Notes: generated from the sequence alone by a model not told the origin. Shown: positions 9,016 through 19,550, numbered from the stretch's first letter. The stretch: DNA of 64,000 nt from Gemmatimonas sp. (GCA_965279375.1 OZ257156.1:5152001-5216000); one strand, 5' to 3'. Program-made: numbers and translations.

Positions 9016-10242
9016 TCAGCGTTCCGCGAAGACCGCGCGCAGTTGCTCCACGGCCCACGCCAGATCGTCGCGTTCCACGACCAGCGGCGGCGACAGGCGA
9101 ATCACCACGGCGTGTGTCTCCTTGCACAGCACGCCACGCTCCTTGAGCGCCTCGCAAAACGGGCGCGCGGCCTCGTGCAGCTCGATAGCGACCATGAGGC
9201 CGCGACCGCGCACCGCCTTGATGCTTGGGTGCGCGAGTCCTCGCACCTGCTCGAGGAACCATGCGCCGTGTGACGCTGAACGCTCCACGAGGAATTCGTC
9301 GCTGAGCACGCGCATCGCGGTCCGCGCCACGGCGCACCCCAATGGGTTGCCACCGAACGTGCTGCCATGCGAGCCGGGCTCGAACACGCCCAGCACCTCG
9401 CGCCGCGACACGACCGCCGACACGGGATAGAACCCGCCAGAGAGCGCCTTGCCGAGCACGTACATGTCCGGTGTCACGTCCTCGTGATCGCAGGCGAACA
9501 TGCGTCCCGTGCGTCCGAGCCCCGTCTGAATTTCATCGGCGATCAGCAGCACGTTCTCGGTGCGACACAACGCGGACAGCTCGCGCAGAAAACCGGCGGG
9601 TGGCAGGAGCACGCCGGCTTCGCACTGGATCGGTTCGATCAGCACCGCGCACGTGGTGCCGTTCATCGCGGCGCGCACCGCCTCGATATCGCCGAAGGGT
9701 ACGAGCACAAAGCCCGGTGCGAACGGGCCAAAGTGTTCGCGATACGCGGGCTCCGAGGAGAAGCCAACGATCGTCGTCGTGCGCCCGTGAAAGTTGTTCT
9801 CGAACGCGATGATAGTGGCCTGGCCGTCGGGAATCCCCTTCTCACGGTATCCCCAGCGGCGAGCTGCCTTGATGGCGGTCTCCACTGCCTCGGCGCCGGT
9901 GTTCATCGGGAGCACCATCTCCATGCCGCACAGCGCCGCCAGCTCTTCGCAGAAGGCACCTAACTGCTCGTTGCGGAATGCGCGGGACGTCAGCGTGACA
10001 CGCGACGCCTGCTCGATCATCGTCGCCAGAATACGCGGATGACAGTGCCCCTGATTGACCGCGGAATACGAGCTGAGGCAGTCGAGGTAGCGTCGCCCCT
10101 CCACGTCGGTCACCCACGCGCCCGACGCGTGCGCGACGACAAGATCGAGCGGATGATAGTTGTGTGCTCCCCACGCTTGCTCACGTGCGATGCACTCCTC
10201 TGTCGCGTCCATCAGCGAGGCACCGAAATTTGCTGCGGTCAT
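9016..10242 (-). CDS. rocD: Ornithine--oxo-acid aminotransferase
   Basis: AHNYHPL, YSAVNQGHCHP, TLTSRAF, MNTGAEAVE, DEIQTGLGRTG, GKALSGG, HGSTFGGNPL. Confidence 0.95.
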   Translation of the reverse strand: MTAANFGASLMDATEECIAREQAWGAHNYHPLDLVVAHASGAWVTDVEGRRYLDCLSSYSAVNQGHCHPRILATMIEQASRVTLTSRAFRNEQLGAFCEELAALCGMEMVLPMNTGAEAVETAIKAARRWGYREKGIPDGQATIIAFENNFHGRTTTIVGFSSEPAYREHFGPFAPGFVLVPFGDIEAVRAAMNGTTCAVLIEPIQCEAGVLLPPAGFLRELSALCRTENVLLIADEIQTGLGRTGRMFACDHEDVTPDMYVLGKALSGGFYPVSAVVSRREVLGVFEPGSHGSTFGGNPLGCAVARTAMRVLSDEFLVERSASHGAWFLEQVRGLAHPSIKAVRGRGLMVAIELHEAARPFCEALKERGVLCKETHAVVIRLSPPLVVERDDLAWAVEQLRAVFAER

Positions 10243-10256
10243 CGTGGCGTCTCCGA

Positions 10257-11234
10257 TCAGAGAATGCGACGCCCGAAGGCGCTCGCGATGAGGTCAGCAC
10301 ACAGCTCGGCCGTGTGGTTCTGCCGATCGAGAATCGGGTTGATCTCGACCAGGTCCATAGCGAGCAGCGCACCGCTGTCGTGAATGATTTCCATGGCCAG
10401 GTGCGCCTCGCGCAACGTGGCTCCACCACGCACGGGTGTACCAACGCCCGGCGCTTCGCCGGGGTCGACCCAGTCCGCATCGCAACTCAGGTGGATACCA
10501 CCAGTCCCACGGCTCGCGATGGCAACCGCTTCGTCCATCACGGCGCGCAGTCCACGCTCGTCGATGTCGCGCATGGTGAACGCGCGAATACCGCGCGCTT
10601 GGATGAACTGGCGCTCTGCCGCGTCCACATCGCGCAGCCCCACATAGACCAGCTGTTCGGCGCGCACGGCGGGAAAGACCGATGCAAGACGCGACAGACG
10701 CGAATCACCCTCGCCGAGCAAGTGGGCAACGGGCATGCCGTGCACGTTGCCGCTCAACGTGGTGTCCGGCGTGTTCACGTCCGCGTGCGCGTCGAGCCAG
10801 ATCAACCCGACGCGCTCACCACGCTCCGCAAGCGCCGTCGCCGTGCCCGCGACCGAACCTGCCGCCAGCGAGTGATCACCGCCCAACACCAGTGGACGCA
10901 CTCCGGAGCGAACCGCGAGCGCAGTGCGTTCGGCCACCTCACGACAAACGTCGGCGATCGCCGCAAGCAGTGCCCCGGGCGCCGGCGAAATCGAGGCACG
11001 ATCGGGCACCACCACATTGCCCACGTCGGACACAGAGTAGCCCAACTGTTCGAGCAGGGTGGCGAGGTTTGCCAGCCGCATCGCGGACGGCCCCATGTCT
11101 ACGCCGCGCCGGCTCGCCCCCAGATCCATGGGGACGCCAATGAGCTGCACGGCGCCCATCTTCGGTACCGCGGGCGGCATCGCGGCCGTGCGCTCCGCGG
11201 TGCCCGAATGGCCTGAAATCAGTGTGGTAGTCAT
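10257..11234 (-). CDS. rocF: Arginase
   Basis: GVDMGP, GGDHS, DAHADVNT, SGNVHGMP, SCDADWVDP, PGVGTPV, EINP. Confidence 0.95.
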   Translation of the reverse strand: MTTTLISGHSGTAERTAAMPPAVPKMGAVQLIGVPMDLGASRRGVDMGPSAMRLANLATLLEQLGYSVSDVGNVVVPDRASISPAPGALLAAIADVCREVAERTALAVRSGVRPLVLGGDHSLAAGSVAGTATALAERGERVGLIWLDAHADVNTPDTTLSGNVHGMPVAHLLGEGDSRLSRLASVFPAVRAEQLVYVGLRDVDAAERQFIQARGIRAFTMRDIDERGLRAVMDEAVAIASRGTGGIHLSCDADWVDPGEAPGVGTPVRGGATLREAHLAMEIIHDSGALLAMDLVEINPILDRQNHTAELCADLIASAFGRRIL

Positions 11235-11300
11235 GTCTGGAAGCTGCCCGTCGCCAGCGCTAGCAACAAGCGAGCTATATTGACATTTATGCTGCATCTT

Positions 11301-11315
11301 CTGACGTTTCGTCAG
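11301..11315. promoter_or_regulatory. 15-bp palindrome CTGACG-TTT-CGTCAG, candidate Lrp/AsnC site
   Basis: Perfect 6-bp inverted arms around TTT in the AT-rich divergent rocF/lrp spacer. Confidence 0.5.
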
Positions 11316-11361
11316 TCGTTTCTAGCACAATGACTTATCCGACTCGCGCCTCGGCGACCTC

Positions 11362-11784
11362 ATGGATTCTCAGGACCTTCGGCTGATCGGGCTGCTGCGC
11401 GAGAACGCGCGCATCTCCGTGGCGCAGTTGGCAAAGCTGCTTGGCGTGTCGCGTGGCACGGTACAGAACCGCATCGACCGGCTCGTGGAGCAGCGGGTGC
11501 TCCTCGGCTTCACGGTGCGCACCACGCCGGAGGCGGCGGCTTACTCGGTCCGCGCCGTGATGCTCATCAGCGTGGAGGGCGATCGATCCGACGCGATCCT
11601 CAAAGCACTCCGCGGATACCCGGAGGTCCGGTCGCTGCACACCACCAACGGGCGCTGGGACATCGTGGCCGAGTTGGGGACGGATAGTCTGCAGAGTTTC
11701 GACGAGGCACTGCGAAGCATCCGGACGATCAAAGGCATCGCCAACTCTGAGACGAGTCTATTGCTCTCAACCCACAAGGTGTAA
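11362..11784 (+). CDS. Lrp/AsnC-family transcriptional regulator
   Basis: DLRLIGLLRENARIS...LGVSRGTVQNRIDRL HTH and TTNGRWDIVAE effector domain; divergent from rocF-rocD. Confidence 0.92.
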   Translation: MDSQDLRLIGLLRENARISVAQLAKLLGVSRGTVQNRIDRLVEQRVLLGFTVRTTPEAAAYSVRAVMLISVEGDRSDAILKALRGYPEVRSLHTTNGRWDIVAELGTDSLQSFDEALRSIRTIKGIANSETSLLLSTHKV

Positions 11785-11893
11785 CGAGCGAGGGCTCAAG
11801 TCGGCGCGCGCGCACGTCGATACGCACAGTGGATGGGAGAAGCGATGCAGCCGCCACCCGCCGTGTGTTCCCTGCTCGAAGTGGCGCCGCGCA

Positions 11894-14800
11894 ATGGTAC
11901 AACAGCTCGTCCCCGAAGGAACCAAGCGCGCGCACGCCCCTGGGTGGTGGAAGGACGCGCTCCTGATCGTTGTCGCGCTCTTCGCACTCCAGATGGGCGT
12001 GCACTGGCTCGTCGCGCTCTCGCGCGTGACATCAGTGTTCGCGAACGAGTGGCTCGGCGCGTTGTTCATGACGGTGCTGTCCGCGCCACTCATTGCATGG
12101 ACGCTCTATCGTCGTGACCTGGAAAGCACGGCGCCAACGGCCGACCTGACAGCCAAGGGCAGCCCGCATCGCCGCGTCCGCGCTGTGCTGCACGGGACGC
12201 TGGCCGTGTTGGCGCTGACGCTTGCGCTCACCGCCGCGGTGCGGGTCAGCCACATCCGCGCGGCCACCCGTACTCCTGCGCTGGTGAGACTCGCCGGACG
12301 CCAGCACATGCTCACCGACGATGTTGTTCACGAAATCGCGGCGATTGAGCGGAGCGCAGATCAGACGCAACATCGCACGCGACTTCGCGAACTCACGTCG
12401 AGCCTGAACAGCGAGGGCATGCGCCTAGTGCGTGATCTGGACTCGCTCTCGCAGTCCAATGCCTTGCAGTTCGAGTCCGCTGTGAAATCCGCGCACCAGT
12501 CACTGCAGGCACAGCGAGCGTTTCTCGCGCAGGTGCAACGCGTCATCGCGCAACAGGAGTCGCCCACGGAGGACCGCGCGGCATTGGCGTTGGCCGATGC
12601 GGCGCTCCCGCTGATGGAGGCGCTGGACGCGGAGTTGCAGCGTCTGGCGGAACAGCAGAGTCGCGATGCAGCACAGACTGCGGCCGCAGTTGCCGCCATG
12701 TTCCTCCTGTTGCTGCTCGTGACGGCCGTACTGGTTGTGGAGCCGGTGGTGCGCCTGATTCGCCGACAGCACGCGGCCACGTCACATCGTGCGGCGGAAA
12801 TCGAGCGACTCTCGATGGCGGCGCAGCACACCAACAACGCCGTGATCTTCACCGATGCACTGCGCCGGATCACCTGGGTCAACGCGGGCTTCACTCGCTT
12901 GACGGGCCACGCCGAGGCCGACGTGCTCGGCAAGTCTCCAGGCGACTTGGTGCAATGCGCACGCACGGATCCACAAACGATTCTCGCCATGCGCACGGCG
13001 CTGAACGCGGGCGAGTCGTTCCATGGGGAGATCCTCAACGTCACCAAGGATGGCCGCGAGTTCTGGCTCGATCTGGACATTCAGCCGCTGCGTAGCGCCG
13101 ACGGCGTGCTGACTGGCTTCATGGCCATCGAGACGGACATCACCGAGCAGGTCGCGCAACGCGAGCGCCTCTCGACGATCTTCGACACGGTCAGTGAGGG
13201 GCTCGTTCAGATTGGCGCCGATGGCGCCTTGCTGGAGTGGAACACGGCGGCAGAGCGAATTCTCGGGCTGACAGGCGATCAGATCCGCGGTCGCGACGCG
13301 ATCGATCCACGCTGGGGCAACATCCGGCAGGACGGCTCGCCGCTTCCGGAAGAGGAGCTGCCGGCGATCGTCACGCTACGCACCGGTGAGCCAGTTCGCG
13401 GCTTCGTGCACGGCATCCGGCACCCGAACGGCACGCGACGCTGGATCTCCGTCAGCACCGCACCCGCACGTTCGCCACGCGGCGACATCATCGCCGTGGT
13501 CGCCAGCTTCAGCGATATCACCGAGCAGCGCGAGCAGGAGGGCCGCCTGCAGCTCGTTGTAGAGGCAGCGGGGCTGGGCACCTGGGACTGTCTGGTGCAG
13601 ACGCGCGCCATGCGCTTCAACGAGCAGTTCTCGTCTATGCTGGGCTATGCACCGACAGAGTTCGACGCGCATCTGCGACAGTGGCATCGACTGATGCACG
13701 CGGACGATCGCGCGGAGGCATGGGCGGCCCTGCGCGCCCACCTCGAAGGACACCACGCGGAGTTTTCTCACGAGCATAGGCTGCTCCGCGCCGACGGCAC
13801 CTGGGCCTGGGTGCTCGTCACGGGCAGGATCACGGAGCGGACAGACGGCGGCGATCCCCTGCGCGTCGCGGGCGTCGTGCTCGACGTCTCAGTCAGCAAG
13901 CAACAAGAGTTGCGTGCCGCGCGAGCGCAGGAGCGGTTCGAGGCTGCCGTCGCCGGCACCAGCGACGGCCTGTGGGACTGGCACGTTGGCGCCGAGGAGA
14001 TCTGGTTCTCACCACGCTGTTGGGCGTTGCTCGGTTTTCCCGCAGACGGCCCCCGTCCAACGGTAACGCTGCAGAGCTTCAAGGAGCGCCTGCATGTGCA
14101 GGACAGCGAGCGGGTGATTGCCGCGCTCGACACGCTGATCAAAGACGACAGTGCGCTCGACGTCGAACTGCGTCTGCGGTTGCTCGATGGGCAGTTCCGC
14201 TGGTTCCGCATGCGCTGCAAGGCGGAGCGCGGCGAGTACGGCCATGCGCGACGGCTCGCAGGCTCCATTCAGGACATCGAGCAAAAGAAGCAAACGGAGT
14301 GCGAGCTCCAGCGCGCGCGCAGCGAGGCAGAGGCTGCGCTGCGTGAGGTGAACGCATTGCGCCTGGCGCTCGATGAGCACTCGATCATCTCCGTCGCGGA
14401 TCGGCGAGGGCGCATCATCGACGTGAACACCGGGTTCTGCCGAATCACCGGCTATTCGCGCGAGGAGCTGCTTGGGCACGACCACCGACTGCTCAATTCA
14501 GGCGTGCATCCCAAAGCCTTCTGGGTAGACGTCTGGCGCACGATCGGCAAGGGAAGTCCGTGGCGCGGCGAAGTGTGCAATCGGGCCAAGGAAGGCTCGC
14601 TCTACTGGGTGGACAGCACGATCGTGCCGTATCTGAGCGCGACCGGTGAGGTGGAGAAGTACGTATCCATTCGCTTCGACATCACGGCGCAGAAGGAATC
14701 TGAAGAACGATTGCAGAACGCAGCGGGCTCGCTCGAAGAGGCACAGGCGGTTGCCCGCATGGGCAGTTGCTCCTTCGACTTCCGAAGCGGCGCCGTCGAA

Positions 14801-16828
14801 TGGTCGAAGGAAACCTTTCATCTATTCGGCCGACCGATCAGCGATGGCCCGCCCGGCCATCCGGAGCTGCTCGACGATTTCGAAGTCGATGACGGCGTGC
14901 GATTGGAAGTCGCAGTCGCGCGTTCCAGGCAAACGGGTGAGCCATACTCGTTGGTGCTACGCACGAGTGACCGCAATCCAGACGTCCGCTATGTGCGCTG
15001 CGCAGGGCGCCCACAACTCGACGACGCCGGAATGATCGTCGGGATCTTCGGCACAGTGACCGACGTGACGGCCGAAATCGAGCGCGAGGAAGCACTGCTG
15101 GCAGCGCGGCGCGCGACAGAGGAGTTGAACACACGTCTACTCGAGACCAATCGCGTGCTGGAAGTGGCGACGGCGCATTCGACAGACATCGCGGCGCAGG
15201 CGCAGTTGGCGAGTCACGCCAAGAGTGAGTTTCTGGCCAACATGAGCCACGAAATCCGCACGCCACTCACGGCCATTCTTGGCTACACGGACATTCTCCG
15301 CGAAGATGCAGCCGCTGAAGGTCGCTCGACCACGTCGCTGGACACGATTCGGCGCGCGGGCGAGCATCTCCTCGCCGTGATCAATGACATTCTCGATCTC
15401 ACCAAGATCGAGGCGGACCGGTTGATCGTGGAACAGATCGAGACGGATCTGCCGCGATTGCTGTATGACGTGGATTCGCTCATGCGCGCGCGCGCCGTCG
15501 CCAAGTGCGTGGTGTTGACGACCTCGCTCTCCACGCCGTTGCCCGATCGCATGCTGAGCGATCCCACGCGGCTGCGGCAGATCATGATGAACCTCGTCGG
15601 CAACGCGGTGAAGTTCACCGACGCCGGACGTATCGACATTCGTGCCGGCGCCGTGCCGGTCGGCGATCGCACCATGTTGCGCATCGAAGTGCAGGACACG
15701 GGGCTTGGCATGACCGAGGCGGAGGCCGCCACGCTGTTTCAGCCGTTCGTGCAGGCGGACGCGTCGGTCACACGCAAACACGGGGGATCGGGGCTTGGCC
15801 TCACGATCTGCCGACGACTTGCGACGATGATGGGTGGCTCGGTGCACCTCGAACAGACCGCGCCCGGTGGAGGCTCCCTCTTCGCGGTCGAACTGCCTTT
15901 GGTCGCGCTGGCGGACAGCGCACTCGTGACCGATCTCGACCCATGCGTGCCGACAATTGAGTCCGCCGTGGCCGACGCATCGCCGCAATCCATGGTACAA
16001 CTCACCGGTCACGTGCTGCTCGCTGAGGATGGCGACGACAATCAACGACTGATCGCGTTCCTGTTGCACAGGGCCGGCGCGACCGTGACGATCGCTTCCA
16101 ACGGCGCGCATGCGCTGCGGGCGATCGAGGCGGCCGATGCGGAGGGCACGCCGTTCGATCTGCTCGTGACCGACATCCAGATGCCGGAGATGGATGGCTA
16201 CACGCTGGCGCGGACGTTGCGCGCTCAGGGATCCATGGTGCCGATCGTCGCCCTCACGGCACACGCGATGGCTGAGGATCGCCGCAAGTGCCTCGACGCC
16301 GGCTGCGACGACTATGCCACCAAGCCGATCGACCGCCAGCACCTGTTGTCCATATGCGCACGATGGATCGGAGAGTCGAGCACCGCGGTCGAGATCTTCC
16401 CGGACAGCTTCGGCACGTCGCACGGGCTCGATGATCCGGGCATGGAGGAAGCAGAGCTGTCCCACGCGCGGCGACGGACACTCGACGCGCACATCGTCCT
16501 CTACAGCGATCTCGAGAACGATGAGGATCTGGCGCCGCTCATCGATCAGTTCCTCGACGCGCTCGCGGACCGCATCGCCGCGGTGCAGCAGAGCCACGCC
16601 GCGGGACATCTCCTAACCGTCGCCACCGTGTGCCATCAGCTCAAGGGAGCCGCGGGAGGATATGGGTACCCAACCATCAGCGACGCGGCTTTGCGCGTCG
16701 AACAGGCGGCGCGTCATGCCTCGAACGTCGAAGAGCTTAACGCAGCCCTCAGCACGCTCGTGGCGCGATGCGACAGCGCACTTCGCGCCCGACAGGATCG
16801 CCTGCTGAACTCGGGTTCGGATCGGTGA
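11894..16828 (+). CDS. Membrane multi-sensor hybrid histidine kinase (NarX/PilJ-like helical sensor, about six PAS domains, HisKA, HATPase, REC, Hpt)
   Basis: TM helices, LAGRQHML, multiple PAS/PAC, FLANMSHEIRTPL, NLVGNAVKFT, GGSGLGL, DIQMP, HQLKGAAG. Confidence 0.93.
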   Translation: MVQQLVPEGTKRAHAPGWWKDALLIVVALFALQMGVHWLVALSRVTSVFANEWLGALFMTVLSAPLIAWTLYRRDLESTAPTADLTAKGSPHRRVRAVLHGTLAVLALTLALTAAVRVSHIRAATRTPALVRLAGRQHMLTDDVVHEIAAIERSADQTQHRTRLRELTSSLNSEGMRLVRDLDSLSQSNALQFESAVKSAHQSLQAQRAFLAQVQRVIAQQESPTEDRAALALADAALPLMEALDAELQRLAEQQSRDAAQTAAAVAAMFLLLLLVTAVLVVEPVVRLIRRQHAATSHRAAEIERLSMAAQHTNNAVIFTDALRRITWVNAGFTRLTGHAEADVLGKSPGDLVQCARTDPQTILAMRTALNAGESFHGEILNVTKDGREFWLDLDIQPLRSADGVLTGFMAIETDITEQVAQRERLSTIFDTVSEGLVQIGADGALLEWNTAAERILGLTGDQIRGRDAIDPRWGNIRQDGSPLPEEELPAIVTLRTGEPVRGFVHGIRHPNGTRRWISVSTAPARSPRGDIIAVVASFSDITEQREQEGRLQLVVEAAGLGTWDCLVQTRAMRFNEQFSSMLGYAPTEFDAHLRQWHRLMHADDRAEAWAALRAHLEGHHAEFSHEHRLLRADGTWAWVLVTGRITERTDGGDPLRVAGVVLDVSVSKQQELRAARAQERFEAAVAGTSDGLWDWHVGAEEIWFSPRCWALLGFPADGPRPTVTLQSFKERLHVQDSERVIAALDTLIKDDSALDVELRLRLLDGQFRWFRMRCKAERGEYGHARRLAGSIQDIEQKKQTECELQRARSEAEAALREVNALRLALDEHSIISVADRRGRIIDVNTGFCRITGYSREELLGHDHRLLNSGVHPKAFWVDVWRTIGKGSPWRGEVCNRAKEGSLYWVDSTIVPYLSATGEVEKYVSIRFDITAQKESEERLQNAAGSLEEAQAVARMGSCSFDFRSGAVEWSKETFHLFGRPISDGPPGHPELLDDFEVDDGVRLEVAVARSRQTGEPYSLVLRTSDRNPDVRYVRCAGRPQLDDAGMIVGIFGTVTDVTAEIEREEALLAARRATEELNTRLLETNRVLEVATAHSTDIAAQAQLASHAKSEFLANMSHEIRTPLTAILGYTDILREDAAAEGRSTTSLDTIRRAGEHLLAVINDILDLTKIEADRLIVEQIETDLPRLLYDVDSLMRARAVAKCVVLTTSLSTPLPDRMLSDPTRLRQIMMNLVGNAVKFTDAGRIDIRAGAVPVGDRTMLRIEVQDTGLGMTEAEAATLFQPFVQADASVTRKHGGSGLGLTICRRLATMMGGSVHLEQTAPGGGSLFAVELPLVALADSALVTDLDPCVPTIESAVADASPQSMVQLTGHVLLAEDGDDNQRLIAFLLHRAGATVTIASNGAHALRAIEAADAEGTPFDLLVTDIQMPEMDGYTLARTLRAQGSMVPIVALTAHAMAEDRRKCLDAGCDDYATKPIDRQHLLSICARWIGESSTAVEIFPDSFGTSHGLDDPGMEEAELSHARRRTLDAHIVLYSDLENDEDLAPLIDQFLDALADRIAAVQQSHAAGHLLTVATVCHQLKGAAGGYGYPTISDAALRVEQAARHASNVEELNAALSTLVARCDSALRARQDRLLNSGSDR

Positions 16829-16865
16829 CATACACGCGATCGATACCGTCATCAGTGAAACTGCC

Positions 16866-18662
16866 ATGACCGCTCCAGCCACCGCCTCGCGCACCTCGCG
16901 CATCGTCCTCATCGACGATGATCCGCTCATTCATTCGCTCGTTACCGCGATGCTGCGCCCACTCGGCGTGCAGATTGCCTCGGCGCTGAGTGGGGCCGAG
17001 GGGCTCGCGCTCGCCCGCCACGAGGCGGCCGATCTGATCCTGCTGGACAACGACATGCCTGGCGCGACCGGTCTCGACGTGTTGTCGCAGCTCAAGTCCG
17101 ACTCAGCGATCGCGTCTGTGCCAGTCATCATGCAGACCGGGAGCGAGAACAAGCAGACCCTTGCCGACTGCTTTGCGGCCGGCGCGGTGGACTTCATTCG
17201 CAAACCGTTCAGTGCCGCCGAGCTGCGCGCGCGCGTCGGATCCGTGCTCGAGCGGCAGCGCATGCTTGCCGAACTGACTGATGCCGCCAACTCGGACAAG
17301 CTGACCGGGCTCGCCAACCGCGCCGTCGTCACCAATCGCCTCGGCGAGGCTGTGCGTCGCGCGTTGACCGACGAGAGCTACACCTTCACCGTGCTCTTTC
17401 TCGACTTCGACCGATTCAAGCTGGTCAACGATACGCTCGGCCACGACGTGGGCGACGAATTGCTCCGGTCCATTGCCGGACGACTTCGCAACAATGTGCG
17501 CGCAACCGATACGGTGGCTCGCGACGTACCCGGCACGACGGTTGCCCGACTCGGTGGAGATGAGTTCGTCGTAATTCTCTCGGATGTAGGTACGCTCGAA
17601 CTCGCGTCCGTGGTGACCGAACGCCTCCTCTCTGCGCTTGGCGAACCATACCAACTCGGTGCGCACACCGTACGGTCGACGGTCAGCATCGGCATGGTCT
17701 TCAGCTCGCGCGAGTACGCCACCGCCGACGCGATGTTGCGCGACGCAGACATTGCCATGTACGAAGCCAAGGCGCGCGGGCGTGGCTGTGCCGTGGCGTT
17801 TTCTCCGGGCATGCGCGAGGCCGTTCGCGTCCGGCTGGAGACAGAGAACGACCTGCGTGACGCAATCGGGACGTCACAGATGCATCTCGCGTATCAGCCG
17901 ATCGTGTCGCTCGACGATCACGCCATCTGCGGCGTGGAGGCGCTCGCGCGCTGGACGCATCCGACGCGTGGCACCATCACCCCCGACACCTTCATTCCGA
18001 TCGCAGAGGAGACGCGGCTCATCCTGCCACTCAGCGACTGGATCCTCCGTGAAGCGTGCCGAACGTTCATGCAATGGTACGTCGAGTCGCCGGAAAAGGC
18101 CCCGCAGTACATCAGTGTCAATCTTTCGCGCGTGCAGTTCTCCGATCCGGACCTGGTGCCGCGCACGATGTCCGTGCTCGCGGCACTCGGCATGCAGCCG
18201 CACCAACTGCAACTCGAGGTAACCGAGTCGCAGATCATGCAACATCGTCGAGTGGCGCTCGACACCTTGGCGGAGTTGCGTTCGCTCGGCGTCCGGCTCG
18301 CGATGGATGATTTCGGCACGGGCTATTCGTCGCTCTCCTGTCTGCAGGAATTTCCGCTGGATGTGCTCAAGGTGGACCGTTCGTTCGTCGCCAATGCCAA
18401 ACGCGGGCGCGACTTCGCTGCGCTGCTGCACGCCGTCGTCACGCTGGCCGACAACCTCGGCCTCAAGGTCGTCGCCGAAGGCATTGAAGACGAGGAACAG
18501 CTCGTCCTGCTGCAGGCCTTGGGCTGCGCGTACGGCCAGGGCTACCTTATCGCACGCCCGATGCCGGCCGAGGAGATCGCGCGCATGCTCGGTCTCCCGT
18601 CGGCCGCTCATGGCGCGAGCGCGCCAAGCGCGATATCGCGGTCGGCTGCCGTGGCCGCATGA
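16866..18662 (+). CDS. REC-GGDEF-EAL c-di-GMP cyclase/phosphodiesterase
   Basis: LIDDD / LLDNDMP receiver, DFDRFKLVNDTLGH, RLGGDEF, VEALARW, DDFGTGYSSL, VVAEGIE. Confidence 0.95.
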   Translation: MTAPATASRTSRIVLIDDDPLIHSLVTAMLRPLGVQIASALSGAEGLALARHEAADLILLDNDMPGATGLDVLSQLKSDSAIASVPVIMQTGSENKQTLADCFAAGAVDFIRKPFSAAELRARVGSVLERQRMLAELTDAANSDKLTGLANRAVVTNRLGEAVRRALTDESYTFTVLFLDFDRFKLVNDTLGHDVGDELLRSIAGRLRNNVRATDTVARDVPGTTVARLGGDEFVVILSDVGTLELASVVTERLLSALGEPYQLGAHTVRSTVSIGMVFSSREYATADAMLRDADIAMYEAKARGRGCAVAFSPGMREAVRVRLETENDLRDAIGTSQMHLAYQPIVSLDDHAICGVEALARWTHPTRGTITPDTFIPIAEETRLILPLSDWILREACRTFMQWYVESPEKAPQYISVNLSRVQFSDPDLVPRTMSVLAALGMQPHQLQLEVTESQIMQHRRVALDTLAELRSLGVRLAMDDFGTGYSSLSCLQEFPLDVLKVDRSFVANAKRGRDFAALLHAVVTLADNLGLKVVAEGIEDEEQLVLLQALGCAYGQGYLIARPMPAEEIARMLGLPSAAHGASAPSAISRSAAVAA

Positions 18663-19507
18663 TCGTCGAGGCGGCCATCGCGCGGGCGGGCCAGCTCGCG
18701 ACGCTCCCCGAGGTCGCGATGGAAGTCATGCGGCTGTCCGAGGATCCTTCCGCGACGGGCGAAGATCTCGCGCGCGTCCTCTCGAGCGATCCCACGCTGT
18801 GCGCGCGTGTGCTCAGGATCGTCAACTCTGCGTACTACGGCGTTCGTCGGGAAGTCACGTCCATCGGCTCCGCGATCGTCGTACTTGGATTCGGCGCCGT
18901 GAAGAACATCGCCGTAGCGGCGAGTCTGACGCGCATGTTTCGCGCTGCTCCACTCAACAACGGCTTCGAGCCGCGTGATCTCTGGTTGCATGCCATCGCG
19001 GTGGCTACGGCGGCTCGTCACATCGCCAGTCGTCTTCGCGACACGGACCCGAGCGATGCGTTCCTCGCAGGACTGATCCACGACATCGGCGTGATCGTCG
19101 AGTTGCAGGCGTGTCGCGAACAGTTTCTTGCCGTCTTGGGCGCTGCGTCGGACGACCCCTCGCGACCATTCCGCGCCATCGAACGCGAGCTGATCGGGGC
19201 CTCGCACGAGGAGTTTGGCGAAGCGCTGTGCCGCGACTGGCGGTTTCCGCTCGCATTGCAACATGTCAGCGGTCACCATCACGACCCACTGGAGCTTCCC
19301 GCAGAGAATCGTCAGCTCTGCGCCATCGTGCATGTGGCCGACATCGTGGCGGGCCAGTGCGCGCTCGGCTTTGGTCGCACGGCGGAGTCGCCTACCGTCG
19401 CGCCCGAGGTGCTTGCGTGGCTGGGGTTCACTGATGCGGACGTCGCGCAGTGGACGACGGAGCTGCCCGCGCTCTTCGCCGAGGTATCGCCGCTGCTGGC
19501 CGGATAG
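18659..19507 (+). CDS. HDOD-domain protein
   Basis: LATLPEVA, DPTLCARVLRIVNSAYYG, AFLAGLIHDIG, WRFP, HHHDP; ATGA overlap with the upstream gene. Confidence 0.92.
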   Translation: MIVEAAIARAGQLATLPEVAMEVMRLSEDPSATGEDLARVLSSDPTLCARVLRIVNSAYYGVRREVTSIGSAIVVLGFGAVKNIAVAASLTRMFRAAPLNNGFEPRDLWLHAIAVATAARHIASRLRDTDPSDAFLAGLIHDIGVIVELQACREQFLAVLGAASDDPSRPFRAIERELIGASHEEFGEALCRDWRFPLALQHVSGHHHDPLELPAENRQLCAIVHVADIVAGQCALGFGRTAESPTVAPEVLAWLGFTDADVAQWTTELPALFAEVSPLLAG

Positions 19508-19550
19508 GACTGTCACGCGGCGTTAAACGATGCACACCCTCCTTCGCGGC

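Noticed and set aside
7078..11234. Arsinothricin or arsenosugar biosynthesis (arsM near amino-acid enzymes)
   Set aside because: No arsL/arsS-type radical SAM gene or arsQ is adjacent; rocF-rocD are convergent and have their own regulator; the window's radical SAM gene is ~34 kb away and of another family.
12800..13150. Blue-light LOV photoreceptor domain in the large kinase
   Set aside because: The GxNCRFLQ motif is replaced by GKSPGDLVQ, so canonical LOV photochemistry is unsupported.
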